Assembly (NCBI RefSeq): GCF_964355755.1
Contig: NC_092676.1
Coordinates: 26,926,871-26,990,870 of the forward strand
DNA: 64,000 nt
Source: Antedon mediterranea
Lineage: Eukaryota; Animalia; Echinodermata
Direction of reading: 5' to 3'
Shown here: one piece after another, positions 13,152-25,483 of the stretch
Layout of the letters: the number at the start of each line of letters is the position of its first letter
How positions within the stretch are numbered: the stretch's first letter is position 1
The notes under the pieces: model-generated
Database searches by the model: none
Seen by the model: the letters and a program-made list of their open reading frames with translations, nothing else
What the model was told of the DNA's origin: nothing
Translations under genes and position numbers: made by a program

Positions 13152-13344
13152 TTTGAAATCGATGAGACGACACATCAGCCTTGTCGACGATCTAGGCTCT
13201 CAACGGCATCCTGCTCATCTACCTCCTCTGCTTCTGAGTACGAACTACTGTGCGAAGCCTCAACCGGTAACACGTTTAGTACGACACCAGAACAGGTTGC
13301 TGATCAGAACGCAGGATACGAAAAGCTTTGCCTTCGTAGACAAG
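13152..13344 (+). CDS. ANKS1: ANKS1 exon (Ser-rich linker)
   Basis: ttacag|TTT...CAAG|gtatgt; phase 0-1. Confidence 0.82.
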
Positions 13345-13354
13345 GTATGTGGTA

Positions 13355-13500
13355 CGGTGATGTGGCCACTAGAAATAAAGTGATCTGGTTTTCACAAGAA
13401 AAGGGAACAATCTCTGTTCAAGCCACTGGGTTGTCAAAGGCCTCTGTGCAAAAGTGGTCAGGTTGAAACCTTACTAACCATACTGGTGTCTACATCCCTG
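13355..13500 (-). mobile_element. 146-bp hAT-like MITE, copy 1
   Basis: Reverse-complement match to 39269-39414; CAG/CTG-type imperfect TIRs; flanks TGGTA/TAGTA. Confidence 0.7.
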
Positions 13501-13505
13501 TAGTA

Positions 13506-13610
13506 CAGTCAAATCTCTCAATACCAGACACCTATTGGCAGATCTAATATGTCCAGAAATGCTGGTATTTCAAATGTGTTTTAATGGTTAAAAAGAATGT
13601 CTGAACTTTA
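13506..13610. mobile_element. partial copy of the same Tc1/mariner MITE
   Basis: TACAGTCAAATCTCTCAATACCAGACACC terminus; the other end is missing. Confidence 0.6.
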
Positions 13611-13632
13611 ACAAAATCTCGTCTTATTTTAG

Positions 13633-13823
13633 AAACATATGAGAGCTCTGGACTTGGTTCTCTACGTACCAACACTGATAGCTGGTATATGACAATGAAA
13701 CCAGTCACGTGGGAAGAAGGAATGGACGATGACAGACCATGGTCTCCAACAACGCCAGACATGCCGCCACCTTCCCCAAACACGGCAGCTCAAGGAATCC
13801 ACAAGAAGCTCATGCCAAGATCG
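13633..13823 (+). CDS. ANKS1: ANKS1 exon (linker, PPPSPNTA motif)
   Basis: ttttag|AA...TCG|gtaagt; phase 1-0. SPTTPDMPPPSPNTAAQGI resembles the PSPDTA linker motif I recall from ANKS1 proteins. Confidence 0.85.
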
Positions 13824-14682
13824 GTAAGTTTTTTAATATAGAGCGTTTGAAAACAAACGTCTTTGTAATGAATACAAAGCAAAGCCAGAACTAAATGGCT
13901 ATCAAACTATGATGATGTGAGTTGCTATGGCCCACTTGTTATTGTCGATATGCATGCATTACACCAGTCACTAGTACCCAAGTTGGGGACTCTTTATGTT
14001 TGAAAGATAGCCAACCTACTTCCTAAATATAACTTAACCTAACCCTCTAAATAACAAAGTAATTTGTGACGTTTCATGAGAGTTGTGAGGCCCAACTGTT
14101 TTAATGTTTATTCAAAGCAAAGCGAAACATCAACATTGGCAGAAGTTTTTTTTTCACTTTACTACTTCTTATGCATGATATCTTAAAATTTTAAAGTGAG
14201 CCCTCTATAATTACAATACATATTTTCCTTATGTTTTTTGTGACTTGCTAAAATCATGTCAAAATCCTGACAAGAATCACAACAACAAAAATCAACCATA
14301 TTTAAAATTAACTGTTTAAATTAACCTCATGGGAAAATCATAATTATTCCTAGGAATGAATTTTAATTCTGGGGTCAATTTTTCGAAGAATGTTGACCCT
14401 AGATAACCTAAACATAATTACACAAACTGTCATAACTGGTAGCAGCTGTTTGAGATGTGTCTGTCATGCTGGACAGGCCTTGTCTCTTAAATGCAAGATC
14501 TTAGGTCAATACATTTTCTGCTAGGTCATGCAGGAATATAATTACATACGTTATCAACATAATTTTAATTTTACTCCTATTAATATAAATAGTATTTTAA
14601 ATATAAACTGAATGAATATACTATGATTGTATTTACAGTAAGTGCGGCATTAGAGAAAGTTATAAGTCATTAATAACCATTA

Positions 14683-14843
14683 ACCTCTGACTACACTATC
14701 AAACTTCATTGACAAAAAAAGTGTGATTTGCATAAATATGGTAGTGATATGCCAAAATATAGTAGTGATATGACATCATCATGTCCATATATGGGCACTT
14801 CACATTTTTTTGTCACATAAAGTTTGATAGTGTAGACAAGGCT
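14683..14843. mobile_element. MITE family A, copy 3
   Basis: Same family, slightly diverged TIRs. Confidence 0.85.
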
Positions 14844-15556
14844 TTACACTTTTAAATAAAACTCAAGATAACTTTAGAGTTTTATTTTACTCATTTGAGG
14901 TTAAAAAAAGAAAGCTTATAATTTCACATTTCCCTTCAATGTGACTCATCCAAAAAAGCATATAAATACTTTTTTTAAATAGATAAATGGCCTATATATA
15001 GATAATATTGCCAACAAATTATAGTGGGATGTTGTGCATACAGATTTATATGGTATGCTGTGTATAAAAGATATGTATGAGATTTTGCACATACAGCTCT
15101 GTACATGATGTGTTTACCAATCTGTACGTGACCACACACACTACCGTATTCTGATTTCATTTTAGTATTAGCATGTCCTTTCAGTTGAGTTACAAATTAA
15201 TTTCTCTTAAAATGTTAATTAATGAATGCTTTCGTTAATGAAAATTGGTGCTTATATCAGATTTAGTAGCATAACCTTTCTGTTCTTCGTCAAATTATAG
15301 TGAAACTTAGTGAAAATTGTTTTTTGTAATTTATCTTCCAATAACAAATATTAACTCTTATTTCTTGTTGACCTTTCACCGGTGTTTATTATTTTATTGT
15401 TTAGGCCTGATAATTTTGCGTCCAGTAGTATCAATTTTTTTTAAATAATTTATAAATTGACTGCATGCCATGGATGTCTTTTATGCTGTTACATATAATT
15501 ATACATATTTTAGATTCTTTTTTTTACTGTTGATGGCCGAATATATCGATCTACTA

Positions 15557-15741
15557 CAGTCAACTCTCTCAATACCTGACTCTTTGAAAACCGGAAACTC
15601 TCCCAAAACCAGATTTTTCTCGAGGTTCAAAATCTCCCAAATTCATTTTTACCATTAAAAATACATTCCGAATACCAGACTTTCCAGAAAACCAGACATA
15701 TTAGGCCTGCCCAAAGGTGTCCAGTATTGGAGAGTTGACTG
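15557..15741. mobile_element. Tc1/mariner (pogo/Tigger-like) MITE
   Basis: TA|CAGTCAACTCTCTCAATAC...GTATTGGAGAGTTGACTG|TA. Related copies at 13506-13610 and 22800-22985. Confidence 0.8.
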
Positions 15742-15994
15742 TACTACCTTTAGATTTAGTGATTAAATATCTATACCGACTAAGCTAAACCCTGGATATC
15801 AGCTTAGGATTCGAACTGCAACCTTTATGGTGTAGTGAACCCCTGACCCGTAGCAACTTCTGACATGATAAAAAACCAATTAAAACCTGTCTACTCATTA
15901 TAGTCCTTCATCATATTTGGATACTAAATCAGATTATTTTCAAGAGAATGCTTTTAAATCAATTTAATTAAATTAATATTTAATTTATAGTAAG

Positions 15995-16200
15995 TTTAAA
16001 CATTTTGTTTCTTGTGCGTGTGTCCTTGAAATTGCCACTTAATTATCACATGACTTTATTATCACAAAATTAATATTTAAACATTTTGTTTCTTGCGCGC
16101 GTGTCCTTGAAATTGCCACTTAATTATCACATGACTTTATTATCACATGACTTGATTATCACATGACTTATTTATCGCATGATTCACAGTATGATTATCA
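15995..16200. repeat. 81-bp-period duplication followed by TTATCACATGACT repeats
   Basis: Direct repeat at 15995 and 16076. Confidence 0.8.
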
Positions 16201-17792
16201 CTCGTTTCATTTAGTATAAAATATCAACAACCTTCACGTTTTTGTAAGGAAACCACTTCCTAGCTTATCACACGTACACGGCCTAAAGCTGTCGACCTTA
16301 TGACATTCAAAGCTGCGTAGTGTATCCGCCGGTTGAATGTACTTTGCGGCGTATAATTGCTTTATCGTCGTGCGGTAATCTCCTTCGAAGCGTACAACTT
16401 AAGTGCTTTCTAAAGGCCGTTATTAGATTGAATTGGATAATGCAACGTTTACAGTAACGCTGCTCTCGATAATTTGTCTCTCGTTAGTAAACATTAAACT
16501 TTCACTGCGTATTTCGAATTCCTTAGAAACGCCTTGGTTACTCAAATGCAGTTTTAATTAAAGCTTCTGCAAATTGATTTGTTAAAATGCATTGAAGGGT
16601 AATGAAAAATGATGGCTAGTTTTCAAGGCTTTTGTGGTAATTTGGGTTAATTGAAAATTGTAAAGAAAATGAATTTGTTTTTTCAAGAGAATATGTCATT
16701 GCGTTGTCTTTAACAATATTTGTGTCTCAGAGCAACACAATTTTCTATGTATTTTACTATGAACTGATGACTTACGGTACATAAGGAGAGGCAATCTCTC
16801 AAGTTCCAAGTAAATGACATTTAACCCTTCTATTCACCTGCGTCCTTCAGATGGAATGTTAAGCTGGTGACAATTTGTACACAATTAGTTCATAGATATG
16901 AAAATATACTCAATTTTGAAAAATTTATTATTGAATTAATTTTTGTTTGTATGTACTGCAACACACTGTTTTGTATGATGGCAAAGGTTCAAAAGTTTGT
17001 GATACTTGTAATGTTAAGTACCATCACTTAGTGTTCCACTTTGATAAAATAACAGAATAATTTATAGTGACATTTAATGAATGAATGTCACATTTACATG
17101 CATCAACGATTCTTCATCAGTACAATATAATATTATATATATATTTAAATCGTCACCGCTATTGTCATCCCCAACGTTGTTTCACCAAATTTTGGAACAA
17201 AATTGTGATTATGGAGACAAATATTGATCTTTGAAGAATTTGTAGTATCATGGTCAGTGTGTACAATAAAAACCCTCCTTTGGAACAGCCCTATTAAGGG
17301 GACACTTTTCTATGAAACATATGTTTTAAAACTAAGGCCAGTCCCTATTCAGGGCCACTCCCTATTCAGGGCCACTCCTTTTAAAAGTACACTTTTTTAA
17401 CTCTGCCTGAAGGCATCCGCTTAATATTTAATATGGGTTTGAATTAGGGTAGTGTGTTAGTGAAATTTTTATTATAAAGAAAAAACGATAAAGGTGACAA
17501 AATTGGTATGCAAAAAATGCATCTATGTTGTGTATGCATACAAATGGTCCCATTCAGACAGTATAGATATACCCTCAAATAATTTAATATCCATCAATTA
17601 ATATTACCCTTTCATATTCTAATAATATCATTAATTGATGTGCTCCAAATCTCGGCTTGGCATTCCTTGACCTTTCACCCCTTTTACATTATGTTTAATG
17701 TTAATCACCAACAAATGCATAAAGCGTGTTATTAGTCTATGAGTTCACATTCAGTAGTATGTTATCATATATTATTGTGATACATTATGCAT

Positions 17793-18193
17793 AAAGTAGT
17801 ACAACCTCTGTTATGGGGACACTTTCAGTGCCCAACAACAAAGTGTCTCTTTAATAAGAGTGTCCACTGAATAGGGGTTGGACATAGTGTTAAAATATTT
17901 CCCCTTAGTTTTAAAAATATCCCCTGGGGGTGTCTCTTTAATAGGGGTGTCCCTTTAATAGGGGTGTCCCTTTAATAGGGGTGTCCCTTTAATAGGGGTA
18001 TCCCTTTAATAGGGGTGTCCCTTTAATAGGGGTGTCCCTTTAACAGGGGTGTCCCTTTAACAGGGGTGTCCCTTTAACAGGGGTGTCCCTTTAACAGGGG
18101 TGTCCCTTTAATAGGGGTGTCCTTTTAATGTGGGTGTCCCTTTAATAGGGGTGTCCCTTTAATAGTGTTGTCCCAAAGAGAGGGGTTCAACTG
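17793..18193. mobile_element. second Tc1/mariner-like MITE family carrying an expanded 17-bp minisatellite
   Basis: Ends resemble ..AACCTCT / AGAGGGGTTCAACTG; GGGGACAC/GTGTCCC subrepeats. Related fragments at about 7637-7880, 17270-17440 and 47620-47782. Confidence 0.6.
17927..18165. repeat. 17-bp minisatellite (GGGGTGTCCCTTTAATA) x ~14
   Basis: Near-perfect tandem copies read directly; a block of four AACA variants in the middle. Confidence 0.95.
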
Positions 18194-19362
18194 TTCAGAT
18201 TTTAATGTAATTTGGTTTTTATCTCATCGTTAGGGATGGAAAAAATAAAAATATTTATATTGTTCTAACAGATATTATTTTGGTACAAATATTACAGCTA
18301 ATTATTTATCAATAAAAAGTTAATATATTTTTGTTTATTATTGTGTTGAATAAGGCAAAATAACTATGTTATATTATATACTAGTGAATGGTAGAATCCC
18401 TTGGGTTTTGTGTAGATATTAATAGGAAGCCAATCTGAATTGCCACTTCTGGTTTGCACTTGATCAAAATCGTTTACTCAACAGCATCGTTACTCATCGC
18501 ATCTCCGTGTTTACTGAAGTATCCTTTTATAACTCTGCCCCGACGACGAAAAGCTTTTTGATTGGATTTTACCAGCAGTGCTAAACCGTGTTTATATAGA
18601 AGTTAAATTTATATCGTGGCCTAGGGAAATCGTTTGATTGGAGAGTGGTAAGGTTTATAATGTAATGATAACATAGAGTGATCGGTTTTTGTGTTAATGT
18701 TATAGAGTAACAAGATAATGTTGTAGATTGTAGGTAACATGTCTAGGCCTATTGTGTAACATAGATTACATTATCACCAGTGTAGTCGAGTATGTATGTT
18801 TTCATAGAAGCATATTGTTTGTGAATGACATAATGTAAAGAAACAATGTACAGCATGTTACAAATGTGCGATAATGTTACTATAAGGCTGTAGATAAACA
18901 TTTTCATCCTAATGTTATTTTTATGTCATTGAGTACATTTAGGAGTCAAGTTGTTATTTTAAAAGATCTTACTGCTTAATAATTATGAACAATGATACAA
19001 TATTTGTTTTAATACTGTACTACACAACCAAAGAGTGTAACATTTGTGCTAGTGACATATAACTGGCATATAAACCCTACACGCGTGGCCCATGCAAATA
19101 AATTAGTTGATTATCATACAATTACCAATAGGCCTACAGTACATGCTGTAAGAAGGATAAAGGACATTTATAAATACAGTAATTATAATTGTTGTATATA
19201 TAAACTTTAGACAGTCTGGAAGACATTCATGATGTTAATGACAGTTACCTTTGGTAATTGTAATATCTAGAATAGCAACAGTACTAATATGCATATTATG
19301 AAATGGTGATCAACACCTATGCAGCCTCATCTCATTTCTTAGGCAGCTGTGTGTATTTGACT

Positions 19363-19462
19363 TGCAATCACGTGTGCTTAGTCAAGAGCTTCTCCACATC
19401 TCTCTTTAGGCTGCAATCACGTGTGCTTAGTCAAGAGCTTCTACACTTCTCTCTTTAGGCTG
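19363..19462. repeat. 49-bp tandem duplication containing CACGTG
   Basis: TGCAATCACGTGTGCTTAGTCAAGAGCTTCT at 19363 and 19412. Confidence 0.9.
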
Positions 19463-19725
19463 AACATTTGTTGAGTCTAAAGTAGAGTAGCTAGGGTGAT
19501 AATTACTAATGCATATCTCACATAAATGTAAGTATGTAAACAGTTTTAGTGTATTGTATAATATTGTTATAGCTTACTTTGTAGTCTAGTTGAGCCTGCA
19601 TTAACTACTTTACTCGCTTTTTGTCTGTATGTAAATCAGAGATGATCACTCTCACCTGGTCTAAATATTCAGGGGTTTTTTTTGTAGTTTAAAACATGTT
19701 TCCTGATGAAATCTTATCAGTCTTA

Positions 19726-19857
19726 AGCTCTGTCTACACTATCAAACTAATCAAAACAAGTGTGATGTGCCCAAATATGGTAGTGATATTACATCATCAT
19801 GTCCATATATGGGCATTTCACATTTGTCACATAAAGTTTGATAGTGTAGACAGAGCT
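19726..19857. mobile_element. MITE family A, copy 4
   Basis: Intact TIRs, one fewer internal subrepeat. Confidence 0.85.
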
Positions 19858-19982
19858 TATAAAGTATAATCAACTAACACTCAAAGCGCTCTGATCTTTA
19901 TGAAATAGCGCTATAATATAAATGTCGCATTATATATAAAGTACAAGAAAAGTATGATAAACATTATTGAATATGTGCTTAA

Positions 19983-20838
19983 CCCTTTCACTGCGTATAC
20001 CCGGTACTACCGGGTATAAACAAACGTCGTTGAAGTGCGTATACCCGGTAATACCGGGTATGGGCAAAACAATGATTTAATCGTATTTGCCTATAATATA
20101 TAGCACCCTCTATATTTGTTCGATGAACTTGAATATTTTTGCAAGTCATTAAAAAATTTTTAAAGCAAAAAAAACGGCCCTCTATAGCTGTATTATTGTC
20201 TTGAAAATCATGCGCCCTCTATAGTTATATTATATATAGTATAGTGTATATAATAGTATTCTATCTTGGAAAGTTGTTTTGAGTAGCGTAATGGCGGCCA
20301 TTTTGAAAGTAACCAAAATTTACCAGCCCCAATAGGGCAACATTGTGTTTATCACAACACGCAAAAAAAAAAAAATTCTGAAACAATAGTTAGTTTTGTA
20401 CTATAGTGAATTTTTGGAAAATGTCATTATTTTCACGATTTTGCCCCAAAACTTTGATTTGTGCATAATTTTTATAAAACAATAAAAATAATTCAATTTT
20501 TTTTTATATTTTTATTTGTTATACGTATCTTCATCAATATCCAGTTGGAAAAACGTATTCCATAAGAATTTCTTATAGAAAATATAGTTTTTATCATTGA
20601 TTCGATAAAAAACACGAAATCCAAAATACCTGTAATGACGTCACATGACGTCATCAATATGCAAATTACTTTTTTTTTTATACCTAACTGTAGACTAACC
20701 CTTTGCCAATCACACACCACAAAAATAATTACACAATTATCTCAATTAGTATTTTTTTGCAATTTATTAAAATACCATATGTTTTTCTTAAATATACATT
20801 ACGCACAGAGGTGGGAATAATGCTCCGCAGTGAAAGGG
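19983..20838. mobile_element. non-autonomous piggyBac element (856 bp)
   Basis: TTAA|CCCTTTCACTGCG...CGCAGTGAAAGGG|TTAA: perfect 13-bp TIR, TTAA TSD, CCC/GGG ends; no coding capacity. Confidence 0.9.
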
Positions 20839-21490
20839 TTAAGACATAACAACAAACACAAGTATTTAAATCATGATTCTTGTGGTATAAAAGCCTTTTT
20901 AAATACAAGATTGTATTATAACATATATTGATTTAAGAAGCGGGGGAAGGAATGACGGCAAAGCAATGACGGCAAAGCAATTACCCATAACACCCCCTGT
21001 CCATATTTCCACATCGTTTATTTCATTGTCTCTCATTACGTATATCTTTCTTCAATGAAGCAATCATAATAATTTGGTTTTCAAATTAGACTTCCTTCAC
21101 AATTGACTGGCTACATGATAACTATCAGTTTCAGCAGAATACATGTTCATTAAAGAAATAAAAATCGTTCCCGTTTGCACTGTGCAAATATAATGACAAA
21201 TTATGACATTAAATTATGCATGCTCATCGCTCAACAAGAAAATCAATTTTAATATCAAATAACTTATTTAACAACTCAGATTTCTTGTATTCTATGTATG
21301 TGTCTGTATAGATGTTAATTTGGCTCAGCGCGGTTGTAACTAATATAAAATTCTACGTTTTAGTAGCAAAAGGGTAGGTTACAGAAATGTTCAAATATAT
21401 TTTTTTAGGGGTTGTCAAATTTCTAATGAAATAGTGACTCATTCACTGTACCCTCAATAGAAATGTGTTATTATTTTTCGATAAGGCTAA

Positions 21491-21736
21491 AGCTCTGTCT
21501 ACACTATCAAACTTTATGTGACAAAAAAGGCCATATACATGGCTGCAGTTGCGTGATCAAGTTAGTGTTTACCAACCGACATAGTGTGCTGTAAAGTCGC
21601 GTTGCACTAAAAAATGTCATGTGCCCATATATGGACATAATTATGTCATATCACTACCTTATTTAAGCATATCACTACCATATTTGGGCACATCACACTT
21701 TTTTTGTCAAACTAGTTTGATAGTGTAGACAGAGCT
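21491..21736. mobile_element. MITE family A, copy 5 (reverse orientation, 80-bp insertion)
   Basis: Intact TIRs; unrelated sequence at 21529-21608. Confidence 0.85.
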
Positions 21737-21819
21737 TTAAGATTGAGATATTGTTGAGGTAAAAGCTGTATTATGGAATAAGCGTCTAAAGCATTACGTA
21801 ATCTATTCAATTCTTGCAG

Positions 21820-22012
21820 AGCTGTGATTGCGAAGGAGTTTGTATCAACGCTGGTTATCGTACACGTGAACAGACCTTTGATTCCGCTGTGTCGCTGTTA
21901 ACGACCGAAAGTGAAGTGTCATTTGACGGAAGGACTTCGTACGACGAATCATATTCAACAGATAGTAGTGACCCAGACATCCTTAAACCAAACGAAAGAG
22001 ATCCATTTGCAG
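21820..22012 (+). CDS. ANKS1: ANKS1 exon (linker, ends DPFA)
   Basis: cttgcag|AGC...GCAG|gtaggt; phase 0-1. Splicing to 39959 rebuilds DPFAGLIYGS. Confidence 0.87.
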
Positions 22013-22397
22013 GTAGGTGGTGAAATTTCTCTACAATATTTTGCATGAAAATGTCTCCATTTGAAGTCTTTCTTTTTCGAGTATTCCACAGGTATTGCGT
22101 AATTCCATTATGCCATTTTGTTCAGCTGTTAAGTAATACGATTATCTCATTGGTAGATAGCAGTATTGATTTCTAACGGTATTGGTAGTAAATAGAATCA
22201 GAGCAGTGACCGCATGTTTACTCTACTTGTTTGATAGCTATTAACCGATCGAAATATTTGTAATGATTTCAAGATAGGGTTTAGAGTATGTTGGTAAATT
22301 TTTTAGTTTAGTCATTGATTGTACACTGGTTCGTAGGTAAGTTGTTGTAATTATAACTCGCCATCGTTTCTATCATCATCATATATTTTTAGTTAAC

Positions 22398-22712
22398 CTT
22401 ATTTATAGAGGATGACCCTAAACAACGTATGCTGACAATCAAGGGGCCCTCTTGATAAGTTATGATAAGTGTCTGACTGTGACAGTAGATGTGTGTACAC
22501 TAATACACCGGGGTAACCCCCTACTTGTCTCGAAAGATGTTCTACTAGGTTCTTTAAAGAGCCAGATGTGTACACTGGACCTACCGTTTATAGTCCTTAT
22601 CCGAGTAGACTCGTTCTACCAACGGAACCATGGAGTAAGTGAGGCTCGAACCCATGCCGATGTTATGACAATGTATTACGTTTCCACTGTCTTAACCGCT
22701 TTGCCACTCATC
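22398..22712 (-). mobile_element. tRNA-derived SINE, Meta-domain-like, copy 1
   Basis: Minus strand has A box TGGCAAAGCGG, B box GGTTCGAGCC and core CTCGGATAAGGACTATAAACGGTAGGTCC shared with 37513 and 46470. Confidence 0.8.
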
Positions 22713-22799
22713 ATTGCTAATATCGTCTAAAAGTTTGCATGGCAATAATAGTAAGAAGTAAAGTGAAGTTGGGAATGTCTTGATGTTTCTGTTGTTAGT

Positions 22800-22985
22800 A
22801 CAACTACGTTCAATTCTACCGTACTCTCTGAAAACAGGAAACTCTCCCATTACCAGACTCATCTTGAGGTCAAAAAAAGGTCCCATTCATTTTTACCATT
22901 AGAAACGCATTCGAAATACCAGACTTTCTGGAAAACCACACGTTATACCAGCCACGAATGTATCTAGTATTGAGAGAGTTGACTG
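22800..22985. mobile_element. copy of the same Tc1/mariner MITE
   Basis: Internal similarity to 15557-15741 and right TIR GTATTGAGAGAGTTGACTG|TA. Confidence 0.72.
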
Positions 22986-23633
22986 TATTGCTATAGAAGT
23001 AAAGTTGAGAGGAATATAATGTGAGCACCAGGGTGAACCATTTTTTATTATAATCATTTTTATCTCTTATTATCTTCATACTATCATTTTCATCATCAAT
23101 TCACCATCGTTATCACTTCTGTTACGATGCAACATAACATATGCAAATTGCTGCAGAATCTAGACATGTTTGTCTGCTATCTATAAATCAAAGATTCTTT
23201 ATGAGGTTACTTTGGAGTATTTTGTGCAAGTTTCCTATCTTCGAAATCCTCAGATTACATACATAATCCTAGTGTAACATAATATTCTTTTACCTTAAAA
23301 ATAACATTCATATTTTAATGTTATTAATTTACTCGGTGCCCAATAATACTGTAATAATGCTTCGCGGTAATTATGATTAAATTAACAATAATTTTGCAAT
23401 GTAGTCTTGGGTTCACAGGTTGTTTTTTTTTATAATTAAAAATGTATACTGTATTATTACTCATATTAGGCGACACCCACTTAAGCATCTGGTTTCCATG
23501 GTGATTTGATTACAGTGTACATCAAGTAATTGGTTGTAAATTAATTACCTTTTCACCGTTCTCACTGCTTGTAGTTAAAACATCACTTTCATGCTCTATA
23601 GTATGGTGTGATATGAATGTCAAATGTCATGTA

Positions 23634-24110
23634 TTATTTATTTATTCTTTCTTTAAACTAAAATACACTTTCAATAGAAATGTACTGATTTCCAAAGTGG
23701 TTCAGTAAACATATTTACAACAAAAATAAAATATAAAAGAAAAACAAAAAGAAAGAAAACAGATATAAAACTATTTACAATTGTGAAGGCAAAAAGGTTA
23801 ATACATAATGATTTCTATAGTGAAGATTTAAAATGTTATTCTTCATTTTCATTACCATAACATGTGTTAAACATAAGAATCAAATTGATATCAAAACAAG
23901 AACGGTTGAGCTTGTCTCATATATTAAATTATAATTTATTTTTTTCAAGAGCTAGGCTTAAATTTAACTGGGATGGTTCCGAAGATTTCTTTCATTCGAT
24001 GGCTAGTTTAATGTTTTTCTTTTTTTTTTTTTTTTTTACTTTGTAAAGACGTTTCTGTTGGATTTTGATATTAATTTGCACCTGTACATTCAGAATTATG
24101 TATAAAGCCT
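23634..24110 (-). mobile_element. degraded CR1-like LINE 3' end
   Basis: Minus strand ends in a stem-loop-like segment plus an (AATA)n tail; decayed coding remnant (MYGNEN...). Weak. Confidence 0.35.
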
Positions 24111-24550
24111 GTGATTTAAAAAAATTAATTTACTAACATTTCGTCTGTAAATACACAAATTTTTCAATAAATGGATTATTTCATCACCACAACAAGCCTC
24201 AAATTCCTTGTTAACAGCTTTTACGCTCTTAAAATCCATAAATCATTTTAAAGTGTTTCCACCTACAACAATGACATACTATTTCTCACTTCCGAAATAC
24301 ATTTTATGCCATGTTTAACTAACAGGCACTAGAAAATCATCAACTACAAGGCTATTGGGATATACTGTTCTGATTGCTTTCAATACATTAAAACAGTCGC
24401 AATTTTTACCTACAATAATGAAATTCTATTTCTCACTTCCGAGAAATAATTATGTCACGTTTATTTTCCAACTAATAACAGGGATCATCAAAATTCATCA
24501 TCTACAGGGCAATACAGATTGCACTCAAAAACACAATAAAACTATTCTAA

Positions 24551-24710
24551 AGCTCTGCCTACACTATCAAACTAGTTTGACAAAAAAAGTGTAATGTGCG
24601 CAAATATGGTATTGATATGCTTAAATGTGATAGTGATATGACATCCCCATGTCCATATATAGGCACATCAGATTTTTTGTCACATAAAGTTTGATAGTGT
24701 AGACAGGGCT
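24551..24710. mobile_element. MITE family A, copy 6
   Basis: Same TIRs, TAA/TTA flanks. Confidence 0.85.
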
Positions 24711-25483
24711 TTATTCATACATGTCCATAGGAGTCCCAGCCGGCCTCCTCAATTTTGAAATTTAAAATGCAAAAGACAGATATATTTAGCAGTTAATGTT
24801 ACCATTTTAGGCTCACTATCTTCCATTTAAACAACACAATGATGATTATATTTCTCGTTTCCAACTACACATGTTTGTAGCTATTTTCAGTCGGTAACCG
24901 TTTTTAATAAATCAATTCGTTTGAAAACAGCTTTCAGCAATTTGTTTCAAATTAGCTGGCGGCATGATCAACAGAGGAAATGAAATTTGCCTGAATGGTG
25001 TGTTAATGCGTTCAACAGATGCAAGTTTGGATGATTTTGTTACAAAATTACCGTACAACTAAAGAATTTGAAATGCATTGTGTATTAATATTATTGTATA
25101 CAGTTTTGAAAGAATGAATGTTTATGCCATAAAAGTTATGTATTTATAAATTCAAGGTCAAATTTTAAATATTAGTTTCACAACTGGTCATTTTTTAATG
25201 AGAGACTTATTTTATGGTAGCTATATTACTTAGCTATTGTGATGTGCCAAAATGAGATTGATGGTTTAAAAGTCCAGCTTCTGTTTACGTATGTAAAAAA
25301 AACATGAGAAAACGGCTAATTTTACCATAAAAATAGTTAGATTTTAGTGGCATTAACATCCAGTTAAATTAGGTGTGACAAACAAGTTAGTTTGTATAAG
25401 ATATGAGAGACACAAATTTAACAAACTTGTTCCCAACAAACTTTTATTATGATCAATTAAAGGAAAGGAACACCCTGGACTAA

